Position numbers and translations under genes: made by a program. From Bacteroidota bacterium (GTDB taxonomy: Bacteria > Bacteroidota > Bacteroidia > Palsa-965): DNA of 64,000 bases. The DNA is taken from positions 68,622-132,621 of the forward strand of contig JADBYT010000019.1 in NCBI GenBank assembly GCA_020402865.1, in the 5' to 3' direction. Numbering within the stretch: the first letter of the stretch is position 1; every line of letters starts with the position of its first letter. Shown here one piece after another: positions 1 to 11,284 of this stretch. The notes beneath the pieces were generated by a model. That model saw only the letters and a program-made list of their open reading frames with translations, ran no database searches and was not told the DNA's origin.

Positions 1-1107
1 GCACACCTGTTTGAACACCTCATGTTTGGCGGCTCGGTAAATATTCCGAGCTACGACGAGCCTTTGCAGCGTGTAGGGGGCGAAAACAACGCTTTCACCT
101 CAAACGATATTACCAACTATTACCTCACCCTTCCGGCGCAAAACCTCGAAACCGGTTTCTGGCTCGAGTCCGACCGCATGCTGAGTCTGGCGTTTTCGGA
201 AAAAAGTCTGGAAGTGCAGCGCAATGTGGTAATTGAAGAATTCAAGCAGCGTTACCTCAACCAGCCTTACGGCGATGTGTGGCTGCTGCTGCGCCCGCTG
301 GCCTACAAGGTGCATCCCTACAAATGGGCCACCATTGGTAAGGAAATTGCCCATATCGAGCAGGCGCAGATGAGCGATGTGAAAGCATTTTTCGCCAAAC
401 ATTACAACCCGGCAAACGCCATTCTGGTGGTGGCCGGCGATGTGCATACGGAGCAGGTAAAAGCCCTGGCAGAAAAGTGGTTTCAGCCCATTGCGCAAGG
501 CACCAAGCCCCCGCGCAACCTCCCCGCCGAGCCCGCACAAAACGAATACCGCCGCCTAGAAGTAACGCGCGATGTGCCCTACGATGCGTTGTACATGGCC
601 TTTCACATGACCGACCGCCGCAGCGAAGGCTACTACGCCATGGATCTTATTTCCGACATCCTCTCGCGCGGCAATTCCTCGCGTTTGTACAACCGCCTTG
701 TAAAAGAGCAGCAGCTGTTCAGCGAAATAAGTGCATATGTAATGGGCGATCTCGACAAGGGCTTGTTTGTGGTGTCGGGCAAACTAAACGAGGGCGTGAG
801 TACCGATGCCGGTGAGGCTGCGGTGTTTGCCGAACTCGAAAAGCTGAGCACCGAAGCCGTAAGCGAACGCGAATTAGACAAGGTGAAAAACAAAGTGGAA
901 TCGTCGCTGCAGTTTGCCGAAATGGGTGTGCTCGACAAAGCCATGAACCTTGCTTACTTCGAACTGCTGGGCGATGCGGCCCGTGTAAATACCGAAGTAG
1001 ATAACTACAGCCGCGTTACTGCTGCGCACATCAAACAGTCGGCTGCCGAAGTGCTGCGCCGCACCAATTGCTCGGCTTTGCATTACCGCGCCAATACTCA
1101 CGCCTGA
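1..1107 (+). CDS. M16 family zinc peptidase (insulinase-like), 5'-truncated by the window edge
   Basis: The reading frame runs from nt 1 (AHLFEHLMFGG contains the HxxEH zinc-binding motif of inverted zincins). ORF 22..1107 is its in-window part, and the following gene is a second M16-like protein. Confidence 0.85.
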   Translation, partial: AHLFEHLMFGGSVNIPSYDEPLQRVGGENNAFTSNDITNYYLTLPAQNLETGFWLESDRMLSLAFSEKSLEVQRNVVIEEFKQRYLNQPYGDVWLLLRPLAYKVHPYKWATIGKEIAHIEQAQMSDVKAFFAKHYNPANAILVVAGDVHTEQVKALAEKWFQPIAQGTKPPRNLPAEPAQNEYRRLEVTRDVPYDALYMAFHMTDRRSEGYYAMDLISDILSRGNSSRLYNRLVKEQQLFSEISAYVMGDLDKGLFVVSGKLNEGVSTDAGEAAVFAELEKLSTEAVSERELDKVKNKVESSLQFAEMGVLDKAMNLAYFELLGDAARVNTEVDNYSRVTAAHIKQSAAEVLRRTNCSALHYRANTHA

Positions 1108-1121
1108 TTTAAGCAGATACC

Positions 1122-2408
1122 ATGTCAATAGACCGCACTTTGGCTCCGGCCTTTCAGCCTGTAAAAGACGTGCATTTGCTGCAGGCTTCAGAAGTAAAAC
1201 TCAGCAACGGCATTCCGGTGTTCCGTCTCGATGCGGGCACACAGGAAGTAGTGAAAATTGAATGGCAGTTTGCCGCCGGCATCCGCATGCAGCCGCAGCC
1301 GCTGGTAGCTACCGCCGTAAACGATATGCTCGACGAAGGCATAGCCGGCCGCAGCGCCGAGGAACTGGCCGAAGAGCTTGATTACTACGGCGCGTTCATC
1401 GAGTCGGAAACCACGCACGATGTGGCTTCGTTTACGCTGTACAGCCTCAACCGGCATTTGCCCGCGGTGCTGCCGCTGGTGCGTGCCATGCTGTTTGAGC
1501 CGGTGTTTCCGGCGGCCGAGTTTGACGTGTACCTCAGCAACCGCCGCCAGAAATTTGTGGTGGATGCCGCCAAAGTGGGCAACATGGCCCGCCGCGGCTT
1601 TGCCGAATTTTTGTTCGGCTCCGCGCATCCCTACGGCGCCAAAGCCGAACTCGCAGATTTCGACCGCCTCGGCCGTGAGCAGCTGGTGAACTTTCACCGC
1701 AGCCACTACACGCCCGCAGCCTGCACCATTATTGCCGCCGGCAAAGTAACCGATGCCGTAACCGGCGAACTGGAAAAAGCCTTTGGCGCCCTGCCCGTGG
1801 GCGAAAAACCGCAGCACACCCTCATAATGCCCGCGCCGGCCACACATGCCGCACGCATACACACCCTCGAAAAGCCCGACGCCCTGCAATCGGCCATCCG
1901 CACCGGCTGCATGCTGTTTAATAAAACCCATGCCGACTACCACGCCATGCAGGTGCTCAACACCGTGCTGGGCGGCTATTTCGGCTCGCGCCTCATGGCC
2001 AATATCCGCGAGGACAAAGGCTATACCTACGGCATCGGCTCCGGCATCGTATCCATGCAGCACGCCGGCTACTTTGTCATTTCTACCGAAGTAGGGGTTG
2101 ACGTAACCAACGCCACCCTGCACGAAATCCGCACCGAAATAGACAAACTCCGTCAGCACGAAATTCCGGCCGATGAGCTTGAGCTGGTGCGCAACTACAT
2201 GACCGGCGTGTTCCTGCGCAGCACCGACGGCCCCTTCGCGCTGGCCGACCGCCTCAAAGGCCTGCTCGGCTACGAGCTTGGTTACGACTACTACTCGCGC
2301 TTCCTGCACACCGTGCAAAGCATCACCGCGCCGCAGCTGCAGCAGCTGGCGCAGCGTTACCTCAATCCTGAGCAAATGACGGAAGTGGTGGCGGGCATGC
2401 GGAAATAA
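1122..2408 (+). CDS. M16 family peptidase, second (probably non-catalytic partner) subunit
   Basis: 428-aa ORF 15 nt after the first M16 gene. It lacks HxxEH but has the typical M16 C-terminal-domain length and composition; paired M16 genes are a common arrangement. Confidence 0.75.
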   Translation: MSIDRTLAPAFQPVKDVHLLQASEVKLSNGIPVFRLDAGTQEVVKIEWQFAAGIRMQPQPLVATAVNDMLDEGIAGRSAEELAEELDYYGAFIESETTHDVASFTLYSLNRHLPAVLPLVRAMLFEPVFPAAEFDVYLSNRRQKFVVDAAKVGNMARRGFAEFLFGSAHPYGAKAELADFDRLGREQLVNFHRSHYTPAACTIIAAGKVTDAVTGELEKAFGALPVGEKPQHTLIMPAPATHAARIHTLEKPDALQSAIRTGCMLFNKTHADYHAMQVLNTVLGGYFGSRLMANIREDKGYTYGIGSGIVSMQHAGYFVISTEVGVDVTNATLHEIRTEIDKLRQHEIPADELELVRNYMTGVFLRSTDGPFALADRLKGLLGYELGYDYYSRFLHTVQSITAPQLQQLAQRYLNPEQMTEVVAGMRK

Positions 2409-2411
2409 ATT

Positions 2412-2461
2412 AAGGACGTGTGCATATAGTTTGCATCACGTCCTTATGAACTGTTTTTTTC
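2412..2461 (+). terminator. putative intrinsic terminator after the M16 peptidase pair
   Basis: Inverted repeat aaggacgtg...cacgtcctt followed a few nt later by a T7 run. It lies between convergent genes. Confidence 0.4.
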
Positions 2462-2564
2462 CTAGATGCGATTCGTTGATATAATATTGTTCTTATAGTT
2501 AATAAGTCTTTTGTTAATTTATCAGATCACAATCTTAACGTGTATTAATGGTATTGAATAAATA

Positions 2565-3863
2565 CTATATTTTACTTAAAGGGGCAAATAAAGTACTCAG
2601 ACTTGAAAAATTTATTGCTTTTGATAATGTTACGACATATTGTGGCATTGGAGATTTCAATGTATTCGTAATTTCAGCTTGAATTGTAATGCCAGTAGAT
2701 GCTTCAGTAATCCATGCTCTGCCAGAAAAGAAATAATCATTAGTGGACTTGTATGTTTGATTGTTAATTTTACTTGATTCTGGAGTATAAATTGTAGTCC
2801 AACCGGCAGCAAAATAGATAGATACTGTTATGTTTTTGTTTTGATGATTAATATACAAACCAAGCCCCTTGTTGAATTTAAACTGATTAGATTTAGAGTT
2901 AAAACTTCTTGGGTAATTTAATATTTGCGGAAATTGTGAGGATACTGTTCTTGTTTGCGAATACGCAGAGTCGCCAATAAGATATTCTGTGTTTTTTGCA
3001 ATTCTTTGCCAGATAAATTCTGCTGATGGCGAGAAATATAGTTGAACTAAGTTAGAAGAAGAACTCAAGGATTTTATCTTAAATTTTTTGTGATTAATGT
3101 TTATCAGTGGTGAAAAATATGCACCAATATTTTCTGATGAAAATTTAGTGATGGCATCTGTTTGCTCATAAGAAAAAACCGATGTAGTGTCATTTATTTT
3201 TACAGCTTGATAAGGACGAATTACGTCTTTGAGCGTATCAACTGATGTAATATTTCTATTTCCATATAAGTTTAAAAAGAAGCCACTTTTAAAACCATTT
3301 TCATGGGAGTTAGGGACAAAAATATTTGTAGCAAAAAATAAATTTTTCGCTTGTATCCCATCTACCAGATCAAAATTTGTTCCTACATACGCCAAGTAGT
3401 TATATTGATTTATGGACTCACTTTTTTTTGTTGTGATAGATGTCATTCTATCTTTTGATAGATTAAGAGAAGAGATGTTTTTTTTGTTCTTGAATACTAC
3501 TAAATCTATTAAAAGTGTTCTTTGCTTGTCAGGAATACTGTCAGGAAAAATTGTTACAAGAAAAAGTATGGTGTCCCCGTTGTTTTTTGAAGTAAGTGTT
3601 TGTTTGTTGTGAAGAATTTCATAGTCTGTTGCAGGCAGAGAACTATTATTGATATTAGCTACGATGTCAACTTCTAGTGTATCTCCAATTGGAATACTGT
3701 CAATATAGTATTTGCAGATTACTTCGGTCGATTTGAGTGGGGCTTTAGTGATCGCTATCTCCTTATTAATCATCGATATCATAAATTTAGAGTCAGATTG
3801 TGCAGATGAGTTAATTGATAGAAAAACACCAGCAGCAATTAGGAGTTTTGTCAGTAGTTTCAT
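2565..3863 (-). CDS. hypothetical secreted/outer-membrane protein, compositionally atypical (AT-rich)
   Basis: 432-aa ORF with an N-terminal signal peptide (MKLLTKLLIAAGVFLSINSSAQ). Its GC is far below the neighbouring genes; the protein is Ser/Asn/Thr-rich with no recognisable catalytic motif. Confidence 0.6.
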   Translation of the reverse strand: MKLLTKLLIAAGVFLSINSSAQSDSKFMISMINKEIAITKAPLKSTEVICKYYIDSIPIGDTLEVDIVANINNSSLPATDYEILHNKQTLTSKNNGDTILFLVTIFPDSIPDKQRTLLIDLVVFKNKKNISSLNLSKDRMTSITTKKSESINQYNYLAYVGTNFDLVDGIQAKNLFFATNIFVPNSHENGFKSGFFLNLYGNRNITSVDTLKDVIRPYQAVKINDTTSVFSYEQTDAITKFSSENIGAYFSPLININHKKFKIKSLSSSSNLVQLYFSPSAEFIWQRIAKNTEYLIGDSAYSQTRTVSSQFPQILNYPRSFNSKSNQFKFNKGLGLYINHQNKNITVSIYFAAGWTTIYTPESSKINNQTYKSTNDYFFSGRAWITEASTGITIQAEITNTLKSPMPQYVVTLSKAINFSSLSTLFAPLSKI

Positions 3864-4008
3864 GAGTTTAGAGGTTTGGTTTCATGAAATTTATGTAATT
3901 TTAATGTGCAAGTTTATTTTTGGGGTATATTTTATTAAATCATTGATTAATTTCCCTAAATCATAGGATTTAACACTCCTTAGTACACAAGCCGCGCAAA
4001 GGCTTGCT

Positions 4009-7000
4009 TTGCATCCTCAGAATCCTATCTTTGTGTTGGCTCACAACACATTGATAACACGATTTATGATGCAAATAGGAATAAAGCGACTCCTGCTTTT
4101 CCTCTTACCCGCCTTTTTCCTGCTTCCGCAGGCAAAAGCTTCGCACCTGATGGGTGGCGAAATTACGTGGGAATGTCTGGGTACCGGGCAGTTTGTGTTT
4201 CAGATGAAACTTTACCGTGATTGCAACGGTGTTACGGCTCCGCCGGCGGCTGCGCTCGATGTATTTAACAATCCGGCCATTACGGTAATCAACCTCACAC
4301 TGGTTTCGCAGCAGGATATTTCGCCCGTGTGCAACGGCGCGGGGCCTACCATTACCTGTGCTGCAGCTTCTGCGTCAACCACACCCATTCCGGGCGCGGT
4401 GGAAGAATACATTTATCAGTCGGCACCCATTTTTATGAATGGTACACCGCCCCCGCAGGGCTGGGTGTTTACTTACGACGACTGCTGCCGCAACAATGCC
4501 ATTGTGAATTTGCAGAATCCCGGCGGTGCGGGGTTCACGCTGCGCGCCATTATGTATGCCTACAATGCGCAGAACATGAATCCGTGCTACGATAACTCAC
4601 CGAAATTTCTCGAAAGTCCCAAGTCAATTATCTGCACCGGTTATCCGTTTACCTACAACCACAATGCAGTGGATGTGGAGCTCGACTCACTTTCCTACGC
4701 CTGGGCCGAGCCGCTTGATCAGTTTACCACGTTTCCGCCCGCCGCCTACAACCCCGGTGTGGATCCGCCGTTTATTCCGTTTGTGGCCGGTTTCAGTATG
4801 ACCAGCCCGCTTCCCGGCACCAACCTCGATCCGAACAACGTGCCCGCCACACTCGATCCGTTTACCGGCGAAGTTTCTTACACTTCCTTTACACAAGGCG
4901 CGTTTGTTACCTGCATTAAAGTGCAGGCGTGGAAATGCGGACAGCTTGTAGCCGAAATTTTCCGCGAAATTCAGGTGGTGCTTTTACCCTGCGGCACCAA
5001 TACGCCGCCCGATGTGAATGCACCGTTTCAGGATCCCGTTACCGGCCTCTTTACCTTGTATGCCGATACGGTAACGGCCGGGCAGCTTGTTACCTTTACA
5101 CTCACCGGAAGCGATTTTGAGTTTTTACCCAACGGCGCACCGCAAACGGTAACCATGACCGCCACCGGCCTGCAGTTTGGCACCGGCTTTACCAATGCGG
5201 CTTCCGGCTGTTTAAATCCGCCCTGCGCCACGCTTAATCCGCCTCCGCCCGTGTCGGGGGCATTGGGTACGCAAACCACCTTTACCTGGCAAACCGACTG
5301 CAACCACGTATCCTACACCAACCAGTGTTTTGTGCAGTCGAACACCTACAATTTTGTAATCCGCACGGCCGATGATTTTTGTCCGGCACCGGCCCAAAAC
5401 ATTGCCACCATTTCCATTACCGTGCTCAACTTGCCGGTGGTGCAATCGCCGGAGGTGCATTGCCTGGCGGTGGATGCTGCCGGCGGGGTTACGCTTACGT
5501 GGGAGCAGCCGCTTGATACGGCCAACACCTTCAACAGCTACCACATTTACAGCTCCGCCAATGCCAGCGGGCCGTTTACGGTTATTGATTCTATTTTCAA
5601 TTACAACCAGACCAGCTACACCCACGCCGGTGCCAACGCCAACAGTGCGCCGGTGTATTACTACGTGCAAACCCGTTCGGGATGCGGTGGTGCGGTTATG
5701 CTGCCTCCGCAGGATACACTCAGCTCCATTTACCTGCAGGTGGTAAACAACAATAACCTTACCGCTACACTCAACTGGAACAACATCAGCACACCGCCCC
5801 CGGTTTCGCAGTTTGGCTGGTTCCGCATTTACAAGGAATATCCCGCCGGTGTGTGGACACTTATTGATTCCACCCAGTCGCTCAACTACACCGACAGTAT
5901 TCCGTATTGCAACGCCAACGTAAATTACCGCATCGAAATAGGCGATTCGCTGGGCTGTGTGTCTGTATCCAATGTGGACGGCGTGCTGGCGCAGGATGCC
6001 ATTGTGCCTGCCGTGCCCGTGCTCGACAGCGTGTCGGTAAATGCGGCCGGTAATGCCGTGCTGGGCTGGCAGCCTTCCACCTCAACCGACGTAACGGCCT
6101 ACATCATTTTCCAGTTCATCAACAACATCTGGACGGCCATTGATACCGTGTATGGCTACAACAACACGTCATACACCAACACCATTTCCAACGCCGACCA
6201 GCAAAGCGAACTCTACGCCGTGGCGGCGGTTGACAGCTGCAGCAACGTAACCGTGTTCAGCAGTCAGCACAACACGCTGTTCCTTACCGGCATACTTGAT
6301 GTGTGCAACGTGGCCAGTGTGCTTTCGTGGAATGCCTACAACAACATGACCGGCGGTGTGGCCGCGTATGAAATCTGGTTTACCGAAAACGGCGGGCCGC
6401 TTCAGCAGGCCGGCACAGTGGCCGGAAACATCACCACCTTTACACACAGCGGCCTCACCCAGTTTTCGACCTACTGCTATTATGTGCAGGCGGTTGATGC
6501 CACGGGGTTAATTACGTCCACCTCGCAGGAGTTTTGTCTTTTTGCCAACGTGCCCCAGCTGCCGGCGTTTGAATACCTGCGTGTGGCTACCGTAAATGCG
6601 CCGAACACCGTTGAAGTGCGCGCCTTTGTGGATGTAACGGCCGACGTGATCCGCTATGATGTGTATCGCTCAGAAACACAAACCGGCCCGTGGGCGCCGC
6701 TTGGCAACGTACCTTTTTCGGCCACCACACCGCAAATCAGCTTTACCGACAACACCGCCGAAACCAGTGTGAAAAGCTACTGGTACAAAATGGTGGCGGT
6801 TGACAGTTGCGGCAACGATGCGTACACGTCAAACCTTGGCCGCACCATTCTGCTTCAGGCCACCGCCAACAACGAAATTACCAATACCCTCATCTGGAAC
6901 CCGTATGAAGCCTGGGCTTCGCCGGTGCTGGGCTACAACGTTTACCGCGCAGTTGACGGTGTGCTTGCGCCCGTGCCTGTAACCTTTGTGCCGCATACCG

Positions 7001-7431
7001 GTACAATGACCTACACCTACGTAGATCAGGTTGAAACCTACATTCCGCAGCGCGGACGTTTCACCTACCTGATTGAAGCCGTGGAAACACCTGTAAATCC
7101 CTTCGGCTACACCGATACCAGTTACTCCAACCTGGCCGAAGTGGTGCAAAAGCCGCTGGTGTATGTGCCCAACGCCTTTACACCCAACGGCAACGGCCTG
7201 AACGACTTGTTTATGCCCTCGCTCGGTTTTGTGGATGTGGAGGAATACGACTTTACGGTGTTTAACCGCTGGGGCGAAATTATTTACCGCACCAATGTGA
7301 AAACCGAAGGCTGGGACGGACGTTACCTCGGCGATAAATGCCAGCCGGGCGTGTATGTGTGGACGGTAACCTTCCGCGCCGCTTCCGGCGATTTTGTGGA
7401 CCAGAAAGGTACAGTTACGTTAATTCGTTAA
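4009..7431 (+). CDS. large cell-surface protein with FN3/Ig-like repeats and a T9SS type B C-terminal sorting domain
   Basis: 1140-aa ORF. The probable start is the MMQIGIKRLLLFLLPAFFLLPQAKA signal peptide at ~4066. The C-terminus (VPNAFTPNGNGLNDLF...FNRWGEIIY...GWDGRY...GVYVWTV) matches the gliding-motility-associated (type B) CTD. Confidence 0.85.
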   Translation: MHPQNPIFVLAHNTLITRFMMQIGIKRLLLFLLPAFFLLPQAKASHLMGGEITWECLGTGQFVFQMKLYRDCNGVTAPPAAALDVFNNPAITVINLTLVSQQDISPVCNGAGPTITCAAASASTTPIPGAVEEYIYQSAPIFMNGTPPPQGWVFTYDDCCRNNAIVNLQNPGGAGFTLRAIMYAYNAQNMNPCYDNSPKFLESPKSIICTGYPFTYNHNAVDVELDSLSYAWAEPLDQFTTFPPAAYNPGVDPPFIPFVAGFSMTSPLPGTNLDPNNVPATLDPFTGEVSYTSFTQGAFVTCIKVQAWKCGQLVAEIFREIQVVLLPCGTNTPPDVNAPFQDPVTGLFTLYADTVTAGQLVTFTLTGSDFEFLPNGAPQTVTMTATGLQFGTGFTNAASGCLNPPCATLNPPPPVSGALGTQTTFTWQTDCNHVSYTNQCFVQSNTYNFVIRTADDFCPAPAQNIATISITVLNLPVVQSPEVHCLAVDAAGGVTLTWEQPLDTANTFNSYHIYSSANASGPFTVIDSIFNYNQTSYTHAGANANSAPVYYYVQTRSGCGGAVMLPPQDTLSSIYLQVVNNNNLTATLNWNNISTPPPVSQFGWFRIYKEYPAGVWTLIDSTQSLNYTDSIPYCNANVNYRIEIGDSLGCVSVSNVDGVLAQDAIVPAVPVLDSVSVNAAGNAVLGWQPSTSTDVTAYIIFQFINNIWTAIDTVYGYNNTSYTNTISNADQQSELYAVAAVDSCSNVTVFSSQHNTLFLTGILDVCNVASVLSWNAYNNMTGGVAAYEIWFTENGGPLQQAGTVAGNITTFTHSGLTQFSTYCYYVQAVDATGLITSTSQEFCLFANVPQLPAFEYLRVATVNAPNTVEVRAFVDVTADVIRYDVYRSETQTGPWAPLGNVPFSATTPQISFTDNTAETSVKSYWYKMVAVDSCGNDAYTSNLGRTILLQATANNEITNTLIWNPYEAWASPVLGYNVYRAVDGVLAPVPVTFVPHTGTMTYTYVDQVETYIPQRGRFTYLIEAVETPVNPFGYTDTSYSNLAEVVQKPLVYVPNAFTPNGNGLNDLFMPSLGFVDVEEYDFTVFNRWGEIIYRTNVKTEGWDGRYLGDKCQPGVYVWTVTFRAASGDFVDQKGTVTLIR

Positions 7432-7440
7432 CTTGAGCCG

Positions 7441-7938
7441 ATGGAAACCACCGCCGGTACAAAAGAAGCGCAGTTAGCCACCATTACCCGTTTTTTGCAC
7501 GAAATAGGCCTGGAAACCCGCCAAGGCGAGGTGCCCGAAAACACGTTTTTGTCTGCTATTTTGATCAAAAACGGCGTTATTGTCTATAATCCTGAACAAT
7601 TACTGTATCCCGGCGACCTTTTGCACGAGGCCGGGCACGTGGCTGTAAGTTTGCCGCATGAGCGGGCCGGGCTGCACAACAATGTGCTGGAACTTGACCA
7701 GAACAAGCAGGGCGAGGAAATGGCCGTGCTGCTGTGGTCGTGGCTGGCAGCAAGGCATATTGGTATTCCCGACGAGGTGTTGTTTCACGATACCGGCTAC
7801 AAGGGCGAGGCCGCCTGGCTGCGCGAACAGTTTCAGAGCGGGCACTACCTCGGTGCGCCGCTGCTGCAGTGGATGGGAATAATTGAACCGGCAGAGCCGG
7901 GCAAAATGCCCCGTGTAAAAAGCTGGCTGCGCAGCTGA
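7441..7938 (+). CDS. hypothetical protein
   Basis: 165-aa ORF starting 9 nt after the type-B cargo gene. No signal peptide or known motif recognised. Confidence 0.55.
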   Translation: METTAGTKEAQLATITRFLHEIGLETRQGEVPENTFLSAILIKNGVIVYNPEQLLYPGDLLHEAGHVAVSLPHERAGLHNNVLELDQNKQGEEMAVLLWSWLAARHIGIPDEVLFHDTGYKGEAAWLREQFQSGHYLGAPLLQWMGIIEPAEPGKMPRVKSWLRS

Positions 7939-7957
7939 GCCGGTTGTGAAGAAGTAA

Positions 7958-9508
<1,551 letters not shown>

Positions 9509-9529
9509 CGCGGAATGTTCAATTTTGAA

Positions 9530-9850
9530 TGCTAAATGTATAATGCAGCCGGACTTTGTCCGGCTGTTTTTTTTGGGGTGTGTGTAATAATGCAGCCGGC
9601 TGTTTTTTTTGGGGGGAATGTTTGGAGTGGTTTTTTGTGTGTTGTAATGCAGCCGGGTGTTTTTTTTGGGGTTAGGCTGTTTTTTTTGGGGGGGAAGTGT
9701 TTGGAGTGGTTTTGTGGTGTTGTAATGCAATTGGGTGTTTTTTGGGGTTCGGCTGTTTTTGGGGTTGGAGTGTTTGGTGTGGTTTTGTGGTGTAGTAATT
9801 CAGCCGGGTGTTTTTTTGGGGGAGTGATGTAATTCTTTAAGTGGGGTGTT
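9530..9850. repeat. degenerate tandem array (4-5 units, ~58-76 bp) of terminator-like GC-stem/T-run units
   Basis: Reiterated units gtaatgcagccgg(c/g)tgttttttttgggg...gtttggagtggttttgtgtgtt at about 9540, 9588, 9646, 9722 and 9797. ORFs 9536..9832(+) and 9532..9900(-) are artefacts of the repeat. Confidence 0.7.
9546..9574 (+). terminator. Rho-independent terminator of guaB
   Basis: Perfect hairpin cagccgga-ctttg-tccggctg followed by T8, 38 nt after the guaB stop. Confidence 0.7.
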
Positions 9851-10048
9851 TGGGGACGCGTATTTTGGGTAGTTGTCACCGGGATATAGGTTTTACGCAT
9901 AATGCGTATATTAAATAGTTGATAATGTAATGTGTTTATAAATAATGAGTTAATGTATTTTGTAGTTAGTTGTGTTTTTGCGGGGTAATTGCGTATATTT
10001 AGGAGTTGCCTGCAACCCTAACAGATCCTAATAGCAAAGACAGAATTT

Positions 10049-11284
10049 ATGTTTGGATATAGAAATACAATTAAGGCTTTCTATGAAATAGACAGCTACA
10101 CTTACAGACAAGAAAAATCAAATAGCATTGTAAGTGAGATAACAAATAAAGGCAAAGAATACATTTTGGGGGTTGATGAAAATGAATTTATAGAGTATTT
10201 AATTGAAAAATATAGTATTGAACCATTAACGGTTGACAGGGAAAATCCAAGTATCAACGAACCAACTGTTTCAAAAGAATGGGTAGAAGACAGAATGTGG
10301 AGAGAAAAATATCAAACTGATGTTTATACTTTTACAATTAGTTACAAATTTTCAGGTTCGTCTGAATTATTTAAGGTTAGACCTGACACTTGGACAATGA
10401 CTACAACTGAAATTTCAATAAATGAACAAAACTCAACAGTATCGTTTAGTTTTAAACTTTATAGAAAAGACCCAGGAGAATTTAATAATGCTAAAAGAGA
10501 TTTTGAAAACAGAGCCTTTGCAAATCTTCAAAATGTAAATAACTTAGTTAGTAGTTGGAATAATTCAATTAAAGGACTTGCAACTTCAACATTTCAAGAA
10601 CACAAAAGAAAATTTCAGCAAGAGAATGATTTTTTTGCTGCAATCAATGTAAAAGTAAATACAAATACTTCATCAGTATTTACTGCACCAACAATAAAGA
10701 AAAAAGTTATACCACAACCAACAGTAAGTCCAAAAAAAGAATTTTCATCAGAGCCAATGATGAGCAAAGAAATGTATGATGACATCTTAAAAGTGATCTA
10801 CGATTCTGGAAAGAATATGGAGAAGAAACCAACTTTATATCAAAACAAAGACGAAGAGGGTTTAAGAGACCAATTTTTGTTCGTATTAGAAACAAGATAT
10901 GATGGAACTACTGCAAGTGGTGAAACATTTAATAGAAGTGGTAAAACAGATATACTTTTGAAATACGCTAATGATGGAAGTAATTTATTTGTAGCAGAAT
11001 GTAAGTTTTGGCACGGAATAAACGAATTTCAAAAAGCAATTTCACAACTATTTGACAGATACTTAACTTGGAGAGACTCAAAAACAGCCTTGATAATGTT
11101 TGTGAAAAATAAAGACTTTTCAAATGTAATTGAGACAGTAAAAAAAGAAATTAACGAACATCCTTACTTTTCTAAATTAGTCGGACATCGTGGTGAGACT
11201 TCTTTTAGTTACTTGTTTCATTTACCACAAGACAATCAAAAACCAGTACAATTAGAAATAATGCTTTTTCATTATGACAAATAA
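10049..11284 (+). CDS. hypothetical protein with an unknown N-terminal domain and a C-terminal PD-(D/E)xK-like nuclease motif; candidate defence effector
   Basis: 411-aa ORF in the AT-rich island. Its C-terminal region (FVLETR ... GKTDILLKYANDGSNLFVAECKFWHG) matches the E...D...ExK spacing of the restriction-endonuclease-like fold. Confidence 0.7.
   Translation: MFGYRNTIKAFYEIDSYTYRQEKSNSIVSEITNKGKEYILGVDENEFIEYLIEKYSIEPLTVDRENPSINEPTVSKEWVEDRMWREKYQTDVYTFTISYKFSGSSELFKVRPDTWTMTTTEISINEQNSTVSFSFKLYRKDPGEFNNAKRDFENRAFANLQNVNNLVSSWNNSIKGLATSTFQEHKRKFQQENDFFAAINVKVNTNTSSVFTAPTIKKKVIPQPTVSPKKEFSSEPMMSKEMYDDILKVIYDSGKNMEKKPTLYQNKDEEGLRDQFLFVLETRYDGTTASGETFNRSGKTDILLKYANDGSNLFVAECKFWHGINEFQKAISQLFDRYLTWRDSKTALIMFVKNKDFSNVIETVKKEINEHPYFSKLVGHRGETSFSYLFHLPQDNQKPVQLEIMLFHYDK

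Noticed and set aside
9530-9850. Possibility that the tandem repeats are a CRISPR array
   Set aside because: The units vary in length, are T/G-rich and similar to one another across the whole unit. There are no unique spacers and no cas genes.
9536-9900. ORFs 9536..9832(+), 9532..9900(-) and 9038..9730(-) across the repeat array
   Set aside because: Their translations are simply the periodic repeat (VFFG..., KKN...TP...). They overlap the guaB terminator region and have no start context, so they are repeat artefacts.
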